Of a stretch of DNA of 64,000 nt, positions 53,590-64,000 are shown piece after piece; position 1 is the stretch's first letter, and every line of letters begins with the position of its first letter. The stretch covers positions 18,476,001-18,540,000 of the forward strand of contig NC_135255.1 in the NCBI RefSeq assembly GCF_964204865.1. The letters are read 5' to 3'. The position numbers were made by a program, and so were the translations under genes. The stretch is from Styela clava (taxonomy: Eukaryota). The notes below the pieces were generated by a model. The model was not told the origin of the DNA. It did not search any database and worked only from the letters and a program-made list of their open reading frames with translations.

Positions 53590-55990
53590 ATGCTTGCGAT
53601 GATTCTCTTGATAAGTAAGCATTCGTTTTTATTATTTGTCGCGCATATACCCCGACAAATTTTAATACAATGTCGCTAAGTGAGCCCGCACATAAAATAG
53701 GTCTGATGAATGATCGATTACAAATTTGCTATGCTGCCCATAGCTCTCTAACTGTAAATAAGAAATATATATATTTAATTGTATCGGAAAATATAATAAT
53801 TTTTTAATATTTAGAGAATATAAATATTATCATTTATTTTGTCATTTACATTTATCCATTCCTTCTATTTTGGCGCAGTGGCAAATGCTTGTCTGGGTGG
53901 CGATATTGATAAAACAATTGATATGTGCGAGAACAACCGTGAAGAAATCAGTCACAAATATGTAAGATGGACATCGACCGCAACATGGACTTTGAGGGGA
54001 AATGACTGTGCTTACCCAAATAGCATGCTTTTACTGAAACTCACCGAGATGGATCTTTACAAGACTTCATATTGTTACGGTTATTTGCAGATATCAGGTG
54101 AAATAATTATAACTTGACCTATTTTTGTATTACACATTATTTCATCCACATTGATAGCAGTCCATGTAAGCAAAGACATGGTCATATTTTATGCGGTACA
54201 TGTAAGCTTTTGAAAACCTAATATATCCCAATGTCTACTGTGAATCAGAGATAAATGAAGCTGAAATAAGTGAATATGTTTATTGATTAATAAAACTATC
54301 TCTCTAATACTTCGTCATATCAACATTGTAACTGGAATAGTTGAACAAATTTTTCACGAAAAATCATCTGAATTTCAGCATTTCGCTCAAACATAAATAT
54401 TTGCGCCGTATATGCGGGCTGTTGCTTCCTAATAACAGCAAACTCTTCATCTATAAACGGTTTCTTCGTGCAAATGTCTGACTGCAAACGGATTTACTGG
54501 ATTTTTCGTGATGATATATTTCCTGTAACAATTACATACAGTCGATATGAGTTGAATGACCACAGTTTCAAAATAGACGTTAGATATCTTTCACAAAGAA
54601 CTGAAACTACTACAGCAAGTAAGTGTTTCTATATATTCTTTTAGTCTTCAAGAAAATTTTTTATTAGCGGCATTGGCATTATATTGCTTATTACTTATAT
54701 TGCCTTTTCGTAAGACTTTTTTATCATTTTTATTTGAGTGATGAAAGTTGGAATATGTTCAGTATGAGAAAAAATCAGAATTTAATTACAAGAGAGCTAC
54801 GCCCAAATGTATGGACACGTCTGTTCGCAGTACAGTACGGTTTACCGTATCGTCAGATCACAGTCTACAAATATATTCACACCAAGCGAAGCAGTACAGT
54901 CGGACACAAAATGGCGTCCGCGAAGCAGTACAGTCGGACACAAAATGGCGTCCGATGTCCGTAGAACGTTTAGTGACGTCATAGAAAACAAATCTCACAG
55001 AGCTAACAGAAATATTTGAAATAAATAAAAGTAATAGCCTTCTGGAGAAAAACTTCATCTTTAACCACTAAAAATTTCAAAGCAATTGGTCCAGTAATCA
55101 AAAATAATAAGATTTTCCACTAGGTGTCCAAAAAGTGTCAAAGAACAACAAATCGATCGTTATGTCCACTACGTGTCCAATAATTTTAAACTAATGCGTA
55201 AATCATCCATTTAGTTGTGAAACTCTTTATTTCCACACGGAAAATATTTATAGTCTTAACTTTATAGTCTGTACTTTCCATTAAAAAATGCTGCATTGTA
55301 TGTAACACATATTTTCATTTTATTTTACGCGATTGTACCACCGACAACAGCTCCCACACAAAGTTCCCCAATCGAGCGCACTCTCAGCATCATACTTGGA
55401 ATCCTAACAGGAATTGTGTTGGTTGCTTTATTGGCTGTCATCATAAGGTGAATACAATTATTTGAACTAGGATGTCGTATCTTAACAGAACAATTGGAAA
55501 AAATTGACTGATTACTAGACAAAAAAGATAGATACCAGCCAATAATATGTGGCTATCGTAGAGGAATACAATTCGTTAAGAACAAAATTTATTTAAAATA
55601 ATATTATAATATTATCCCAATTAACTATTAGACATAACGTATTTTGACCGCAAAGTTCCAATTACCTATTTTCGTCCTCGCTGTGTTTCTATGTCCTCTA
55701 CTCTCCGGCTTGAAGTAAATACCTACCGATACCACATTCAATCTCAAAACAGTAATAAACCTATTATTATTCAAAGGTATCGAAGCATTATACAAAAACT
55801 CCATGCAAACTCGGACGCTCTGAACGCAACAGCAACCTTAGAAACCGCAAGGGGAAGTGGCGAACAGAATCCGTACGACTTTGCCAATGAAGAAATCGCA
55901 GGAACAAGCAACAACGCTTCCGCAAACGTACCGGATGCGGTTTACAGCGTTGTAAACAAACAAGCAAAAAAGAGCGCGAAGCAACAGTGA
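53590..55990 (+). CDS. Gene G: CUB-like/TM receptor with a short stalk and an ITIM-like tail (~264 aa); probably intact through a cryptic acceptor
   Basis: Exons 53590-53614 (MLAMILLI), 53879-54097, 54379-54618, 55351-55447 (TM LSIILGILTGIVLVALLAVII) and 55777-55990 (…QNPYDF…DAVYSVVNKQ…*). Phases are consistent and there are no stops. Confidence 0.8.
54788..55181. mobile_element. Insertion in gene G intron 3, absent from paralog H; contains a 34-bp tandem duplication
   Basis: The flanks are contiguous in H (~60655-60690). Inverted motif tggacacgt / acgtgtcca; gcgaagcagtacagtcggacacaaaatggcgtcc occurs twice. Confidence 0.65.
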
Positions 55991-56037
55991 GATTGTATCT
56001 CACTGAGACAAAACAAACTTGCACAACTTTCTCGGGA

Positions 56038-56312
56038 GAGAATGAGACAACGAGATAGCGATCGGAGACCGCCGACTTATCGATCTAGTGGCGTGTATCC
56101 TTCGCTTTGACTCAATAGCGAAACCGCGTCTCCCATCACTAATTAATTAATAACTCGCTAAATATACGACATAATTCATCCAAAATCAATAGGCACATGC
56201 ACAATTTGGAGCAGATTCAACCTCGCTTTCGTGAGATATCGCGTGTATCTAACAGACAGACAAACAGACAAATACCTATCAACATACTTACCGATCAAAA
56301 TCGATGGGTAAT
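56038..56312 (-). mobile_element. DINE-1/HINE-like element just after the gene G stop; second copy at 57093-57378
   Basis: Reverse-complement similarity to 39373-39768 including (agac)n; absent at the equivalent position after gene H. Confidence 0.75.
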
Positions 56313-57734
56313 AATGGACAAAAAATAACTTGCTGAACTCAAATTTTCTCGAAAACTCACTAAGTATATTTGTGTTTTAAGAACATTATAAATATTTTGC
56401 GAACACTTATCTAGTATTTTTGCACTACAAAAATTTTGATATTTGATAATTTTGAAAATGATGATATAAAACAATGTCGGAAGAAAAGTCGTCCAATTGC
56501 ACGTTTTGTAACCTTTGTTTTGTAATTTAATTTTGATGGGTCTGATGAGTCAAGTTAGAAATGGTTAAATAAGTTCAAAAAGGCTTTTGTAGTCCCTGAC
56601 TAGATTTAATTTTTAAGTTTTTTTTTTGAGTTTTTTATTTTGACTTGGTGTCGGAATGGCAGTTTTTAGGCTGTTGTTTCGTTACTGCGGCCATAAATTT
56701 ACAGACTCAAAATGCCATGATGTGGTAAACTTTCTACACATATTGGTTGTTTTCTTGTGCGTGCACAATTTGAAGGTATTTCAACAAATAATTTAAATTT
56801 TGACTATCTTGAATTGGCGGGTATTGTACATCCCGAGACATAATCAACTTTTCATTTATTTTATTAATTTTTTCATTATCGAACCCTTATTTGTTAACAT
56901 TTGTTTCCCATGTAAAATAAAGAATTTATGTATATATGTAAGACCTCATTGTAGTATGACTTTGTGTGGATTTGACGAAACAGGCAAACATTTTTTTTTT
57001 ACCGGGGAATCTTAATAATAACAGACAGGCATGTGATTACTGTTACTAACAATGTTGGTTGAAATTTCAAAGTCCAAACTTTATAAAAATGCATCGAGAT
57101 AGCGATCAGAGACCGCCGACTTATCGATCTAGCTGCGTGTATCTTTCGATCTGACTCAATAGCGACACCGCGTGTCCCATCACTAATTAATTAATAACTC
57201 ACTAATTATACGACATAATTCATCCAAAATCAATAGGCTTCTGGTCCGAGATATGATGAATGCACATGCAAGCAGATTCAACCTCGCTTTTGTGAGATAC
57301 CGCGTAACATACGAAAGTGTCTAACAGACAGACAAACAAACAAACAGACAAATACCTACCAACATACTTATCAATCAATCAAACTGAAAAAGACTCGCCA
57401 CACTATAACATCTATTAACATACCGACTGTGGATGGATTTTACGGAAACAGAATTGTTACAAAACTCGACCCCACTACTATTAACGTCCTCAAAATTCAG
57501 CATATAAACTAGTGCTTTTAATAGCTTCAAAAAATTATAATTATATGCTATAATGCGATCAATTTTAATTTGACACTGATTGTTCTTGGGTAAATGTTAT
57601 ATGCGAGTAATATTCCATAATCCTACAATTGCCAGGAGGGATTGTATCTGGTAAAGATCACTTGTACATAACACCATTAACTAGTTTTATTCAAAAGGGT
57701 CCATTACCCCGAAGAGGTTAGAAACCTCTGTGAT

Positions 57735-58790
57735 AACCGTAACTCGTTCTATACAGTATTTAGTAAGAGTACACAGTGTACTGATACTGAAACACAAGCA
57801 TCTTGAGCTTTCGAATTCAATAGCGGACCATAGGATAGGATTTATATATTTATCCCGGGGGAGAAAAAATCCGTTAAGACGGCTTAATCATATGACGAAT
57901 CCCGGCTTCTCATCCGGTTACCAGTCGATGTCGGATATGGTATTAGTTAGTTATTTTCTTTCGCAAGCATGGACTTGACCACATTTCTGCTTCTATTGGT
58001 CAAACCTGGGTGAGTTACTGTTGTTGTGAGGGTCTATGACCCTAGTTGAAATGTTCGGGAACCACTGACATAAACGAAACTCGTCATATACTATATTTAG
58101 TAAGAGTACACAGTGTACTGATACTTAAACATTCGACTTCAATAGCTAACCATACTTCTATTGATCAAACCCAGATGAGCTATAGTTGCAAGAGTCCATG
58201 ACCCTAGTTGAGATGTTTGGAAATCACTGACATAAACGGAACTCGTTCTATACTATATTTATTAAGAGTGCACGGTTTACTGTTACTGAAACACGAGCAT
58301 CTGAAACATTCGAATTCAATAGATGACTATACTCATACTCCTATTGCCTACAACTGGAGATTGTAGACATTGAACGCATATCTATGACGTATTTTATTAT
58401 TGCGCATTGCAAGGGAAGACGTATTATATTGTCTCCTGGACTTACCGTTTGATTTTGAAAACCGATGCAAGTAGTATTGTTGCTTTATTCAGAGCGCTTG
58501 TACTATAAGTGCTATTTCGGTATGTTATCTATGTCTTTTCCGACAGACCGAATTTTTTATCATCCTACACAAAGCGGTCTTAGCGTGCAGTTTTGATGAG
58601 AAACATTGTCTTAAATGCGTCGTTGAGCGTCCATGACATATTCTATTATTGCGCATTGCAAAGGAAGGGCATTATATTACCACCTACACTCACCGTTTGA
58701 TTTTAAACCCGATGCACGTAGTATTGTCGCATTATTCAGAGTGATTGTACTCTTGGTGCGCTACCTCGGTATGCTACTTCAGCGATTGTG
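57735..58790. repeat. Local tandem duplications upstream of gene H
   Basis: The motif aactcgt…ata(c)tatatttagtaagagtacacagtgtactgatac occurs three times (57740, 58078, 58240) versus once upstream of G (~52758). The block 58385-58530 is repeated at 58633-58760. Confidence 0.7.
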
Positions 58791-59325
58791 TGATCTCGGT
58801 AATTTTTGCTCGGGTTAGGATCTGAATTCTATGAGAATGTCTTTATGAATTAAGATTACGTCAAGTGAAGTGAGATTGCGTACCAAAGTGGCACCCTATA
58901 GTAAATATAAGGAAAATGAATATGATTTTATATTTACCTAGAGCAGAGGGAAAACGATAGGGAAGCTACTTCATTTTGCCCGTTTATTCCGAGTGAGATG
59001 TAGAAAAGCCAAACAGTTAAACATTGCATGAACGGAGACGTATTACATTCACTATGTGTTAGTAGTTGTTTACTTCACTTGCTTATACTATGTAGATCTT
59101 CATATGCCCACACACGAGGCAGAAAATATAAATGAGAAAAATGTATAAAAGCAAGTAAATCATCTTCTTTTTAAAGATAATACTAACCAAACATTGACGC
59201 GTTGATTTACTGCTTCGACGACTCCACCCATTCCACCTTAATAATATAGCTGTCTTGAAAATCGTGAAGCAAGTCTCTTACTTTTACATTCTCTTATTTG
59301 AACGATGCAACTACAATTTGATAAA

Positions 59326-61532
59326 ATGCTTGTAATAATTCTCGTGATTGGTAAGGATTCGTATTTTTTAATCACGTAGAAAGCAAACCCTTTTTAATAA
59401 GGCAAACAATGCCAAAGTTGAATATAAATTATCAAGTGAGTCCACATAAAAAAGTCATACAAATTGCCCTGAAAAGGACGACTAAAAAGTGGTTATGGCG
59501 CTGAATAACTTCAAATGTGAGGCATAATTTTATATTTACATCTAATAAATCGTACATTTTAAACATATAAAATATAAATATTTCAGTCATTTTGTCGTTT
59601 ATATTCAACCATTTCTCTTGTTTTGGCAAAGTGACAAATACTTGTCTGGGTCGAGTTACTGAAAAGACAATTGATGTGTGTGCGGAAAATCATGCACATA
59701 TCAGTCACAATCCTAGTGGATGGGGGACTTGGGATTGGAATTTGGATGGGCATGGCCGTACATACCCTAATAGTATGCTTTTACTCAAACTCACGGAGAT
59801 GAATCTTTACAACTATCAACATAATTTTTGTTATGGTTCTATGAAGATATCAGGTAAAACAATTATTGATTGTGGTAATTTGAAAGTTGAAGTACGATCT
59901 CTGGTATTGTAAACTGATATCGTATGGAAATATTAAGATCGACATGCACTAAGCTTCACCTACAATGATAGAAACAAAGTTACCGTTCACACTTCATACG
60001 GTGCATGTAGGCTATAGAAAACTCAATATATACCAATGTCTACCTGGGAATGTCCACACAATTTGTTACAGTAATTTGAAAATACCGATGTTCATAAAAT
60101 GTACAAAAATTGCTTCAGTGGTTAGAATATTATTAGTGGATAGGCAGGCATCTGTATATGACTGAGAAAATATCGCACTGATGATTTGATCGTGTGCTTT
60201 ATCCTATCAACATTGCGAATGAGCTACGTACCCAACTGAAGCCAATTTTTAAGTCTCATCATCATTTCAGCCTCTGAAGAAAACACGAACATTTGTTGGT
60301 ATAGCACAGGCGGTTGCTTTTTAATCACAGCAAACTATCCAACCAATATAAATGTTACCTTCGTACAAATGTTTGAATGCAAATGGATTTACCGAGATGA
60401 TATATTTCCTGTAACTATTAGCTACAAGAGAACATAGAGTAACCACCACAATTTCACAATGGACGTCAGATATCTTCTAGAAAGAACTGAAACTACTGCA
60501 GCAAGTAAGTACTTCTATTATCTTTTATTCCTCGAGACATTTTTGCGTAGATGATTATTTTATTAGTTGCTTTGGTGTATATTACCTTTTCGTAATACTT
60601 TTTCAGTATTTTTGAGTGATGAAAGTTGGAATATGCTTAGTATATGAGAAAAAAATCAGAATGTAATCATAATTTTAAACTATTGAGTAAATCATTCATT
60701 TAGTTGTGAAACTCGTTATTTCTACTCGAATAATATTTACAGTCTTAAAACACCAATAAAAAATTCTGACTGTCTTCCTTATTAAAAAATGTATTTATCA
60801 CATATTTTTATTTTACGCAATAGCACCAACGACAACAGTAAAAATCACAACACAAGCCGCAACCAAATCTTCGATCAAAACAACAACAGCCAACGAACTT
60901 GTTTCAATTCCTCAGCAAATACCCCAAAGTTCACCCATCGAACGAACGCACTCTCAGCATTATACTTGGAATCCTGCTAGGAATTGTGTTGGTTGCTCTA
61001 TTGGCTGTCATCATAAGGTGAATAAAATTATTTAAACCAGGATTTCGTATCTAAACAGAACATTGAAGAAATTTGACTGTATACTAGGAAAAAAGAGACA
61101 GAGAGCAGCCAAAATCGAACTGGCTAGAATTTGTTAACAACTTGATTTGATATAAATATGATCACAATTCACTATACATCAAAATATTTTGACCTCAAAT
61201 TCCCAGCTATATATATTTTCGCCCTCGTGACTCTACGACCACTATTCTGCTTTCAGTAGATATCGACCGAAACTACACTCAATCATAACGATAATAACAA
61301 ACCTATTTTTATTTAAAGGTATCGGAGCATCGTGCGCAAACTCCGTGCAAACCCGGACTCTCAGAACGCAACAGCAACCTTAGAAATAGCAGGTCGAAGT
61401 GGCGAACAAAATCCGTACGACTTTGCCAATGAAGAAGTCGCAAGAACAAGCAACAATGCTTCCGCAAACGTATCGGATGCGGTTTACAGCGTTGTCAACA
61501 AACAAGCAAAAAAGAGCGCTATGCCGCAGTGA
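59326..61532 (+). pseudogene. Gene H: tandem paralog of G, inactivated
   Basis: Exons 59326-59350, 59632-59853 (Cys2 changed to Arg), 60271-60504 (in-frame TAG at 60435), 60824-61017 (4-bp cgaa duplication before the TM) and 61319-61532. Confidence 0.85.
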
Positions 61533-64000
61533 GATTTTAACCAACTGAAAATTTATTTAATTAATGGACAAAAATAACTTACTGAACTTCTTCAACTCTC
61601 ATTTAGTAACTTTGCGCAACAATAATTCAGCACATATTTGATAATTTTTAAAATAATAATAATATAAAAGTAAGATATTGTCGAACTTTTGTTTCGTAAG
61701 TTAATTTTGTTGGGTCAAATTAATAATTTAATGAGTCCAAAACACGCTTCTAAAGACCTATTGACTAGATTCATTTACTACAAATACAAACTAAATACAA
61801 ACTAAAAATGTCATTTTATTGTAATTCTAAATTTTTGCACAACTTGTTTTTTTGCGCATTCGCAATTCAAAATTATTCAACGAGTTTGAATCTTGGACTA
61901 TCTTGAGTCGGCTAATATTGTACATAGCTTGAGACATAATCAACTTTGCATTAATTTTATTAATTTTTAATTGGACCATCTTGAGTCTGCGGTTATTGTA
62001 CATAGCCCGAGCCATAATCAACTTTGCATTTATTTTGTTAAATTTTTTATACTTGCCCTCTTATATGTAACAACAATTGTTGCACTTGTAATAATAAAGA
62101 TTGAATGATATTATATACATTCTCTTCGTATTATTTTAATGCAATGTATTTGTGTGGGTTTGGCGAAACAGGTTACTCCATGCTGTGATCTGGGCAGGTT
62201 AATTTATGGATATCCCTGTTCCGTGGGGATGAGTTTGAAGGGTGGTGTATATTACCTTGTTTAGAAGTAAGTGAATCTTCGGCTAATTCAGAGTAACACC
62301 AGAAAAACTATGGAAAAATAGGAGTGACAAATCTTCACCGGAACACGTCCTACAAATGGGAGCTATAGACAGCAGATTTGGTATTCAGGCAGCTTTATAA
62401 AGTGTGAACTGACAAATGTGATTTATATCCAGAACTTTACTTCAAGTATCAAGTAGTCTGAATATTTGTTCAATCTCCGGGTAATACATCAATTTGTCTA
62501 CCAAACCTAGACATTATTCACCTTGTATTATAACGTTGAGCAAATTTTCCTCTTTCGCAGTTTCATAGCTGGAATTTCCATGCGCAATTTCCTATCGCGC
62601 GAAACAAAGACAAAGTACCCGAAACTAGCACTTATTAAAACCCTCTTTTGCATTTTGCTAAATCTGCTCGTTGACAAAAACAGACTCGCGTCATTGCGCT
62701 TATTTTAACAATGTGACATTGCCAATGCTGACTAGTTGTAACTTTTCATTACTCTACAAAAAGTGTGTCAATATCATATTGTTATTATATTCTATGGACA
62801 TGGTATTATATTCATATTATATTCTATGGCCATGGTACATAGATAAACTGCACTCAATTTGAACGTTTTACCATGTAACCATACTTGGCGGAATTTATAC
62901 CATCGCTTGTGCTATCGACTCTATTTAATATATATTTACCTGCTGAAAAAGGTAGCCACGGTATTGTAAAATGTAAACCATAGCGTCAGATAATTTTTCG
63001 AGCTTGTTACACAGATAAAATGCGCATAATTTTAACTCGTTATACTTTAACCAAACTTCGCAACAGACTCAGACCCTTCCCTTGAAATTGACGCTGTCGA
63101 TGGTCTTTTAAAACGCCGATTAATTTGTTCGCCAATAAAATGATAAACTCTTTCAAAAATTGTTAAGTAATTATGTAAGTAAATGTTGGAAACTCGAAAA
63201 TATATACAACCATAACGCTGAAAATTATCTGACGCAAAAATGTGTGTAAATATGCAAATTTCATTAACTATAGTCCTGAAGGAACGTAATTCGTCTTGCT
63301 ATGGTATGCAGAATACTATAACATATGGCACAACCGATATGACTGACGTCCATTCTTGTAAAACGGTTAATATGAGCCTTTGATGTTTGATATCGACGCT
63401 CAACGATAATTTTTATTCCATCTGTTAAATAGAAATCAAAAATGTATAATACATAAATACAAATATTATAGTATAGGTTGCTTTTACGTCTTCCATTCTT
63501 CCCAGGTAATTTGTTTATTAAAGAAAAATGCCCAAAATAATTTAGATCAATTTTAATCAACACTAAAACAAAACTTTCTCGCTTTACTAGACAACTGTGA
63601 AATGACAATCATAGACAAATTGTACCTATGTTTACACTATCACGTGGCTTGCATAATTATTGATCTCCAAAACAAGAACTCCAAGTGACTTAATTACTCG
63701 AGTATTTGTACTTTTTCAGTGAGAAAATTCTCCGACATCGTAGTATTATAGCGGAAATTCCTTGTTGTTCAAAATGAAGATATATTTTTAGAATTATTCA
63801 GCTCGAGAATATGTTATTTTTCATTATCCTCCATCTGTTTGTCTTATGCAATGGGCTATATTTTGCGTCATGGAATTTCATTTTAACAATTTGAAGCCGT
63901 AAATACTGACTATTTATAATTTTATTCACCAACACGACCATCATGAATTGATGGGAAAGCTAGATAATTTGGCAATCACTTGTCTTCTGTTGTCCTATTA

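Noticed and set aside
54885-54955. 34-bp direct repeats as a CRISPR array
   Set aside because: Two adjacent copies with no spacer, inside an intronic insertion in eukaryotic DNA.
17468-61532. Calling the tails ITAMs
   Set aside because: Tyrosine spacing is too long for YxxL/I-x6-8-YxxL/I, and the terminal tyrosine lacks a +3 L/I.
1-64000. Most 60-150 aa ORFs in the supplied track as standalone genes
   Set aside because: They have low-information AT-rich composition or lie in TEs, introns or antisense. The few real ones are single exons of spliced genes.

Overview
AT-rich, intron-containing animal DNA (probably an invertebrate; an ascidian-like host is my guess only). Most ORF-track entries are spurious, but manual splicing reveals a cluster of about 10 paralogous genes and gene fragments. 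They share a 5-exon plan with intron phases 1-1-1-2: signal-peptide exon, two exons for one divergent CUB-like domain, a Ser/Thr stalk plus TM exon, and a cytoplasmic exon with tyrosine motifs. The motifs include an ITIM (SLYSVI), ITSMs (TIYHTV, TIYSVI) and a terminal VVN[EQ][LI]Y. Three copies look intact (A 17468-20004 -, C 31603-34868 +, G 53590-55990 +). The others are frameshifted, stopped or fragmentary (B, D, E, F, H, and a truncated copy in each repeat unit). This looks like a fast-evolving birth-and-death family of immune-type or recognition receptors, with several copies in head-to-head pairs. The first ~15 kb is an apparently identical 5755-bp tandem array interrupted by a 200-N gap; its breakpoint sits exactly at a hAT-type element terminus. 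The rest is dense in MITEs (hAT with 8-bp TSDs, TA-flanked Tc1/pogo types), DINE-1/HINE-like elements and tRNA-derived SINE remnants. All gene models are manual and have no transcript support.
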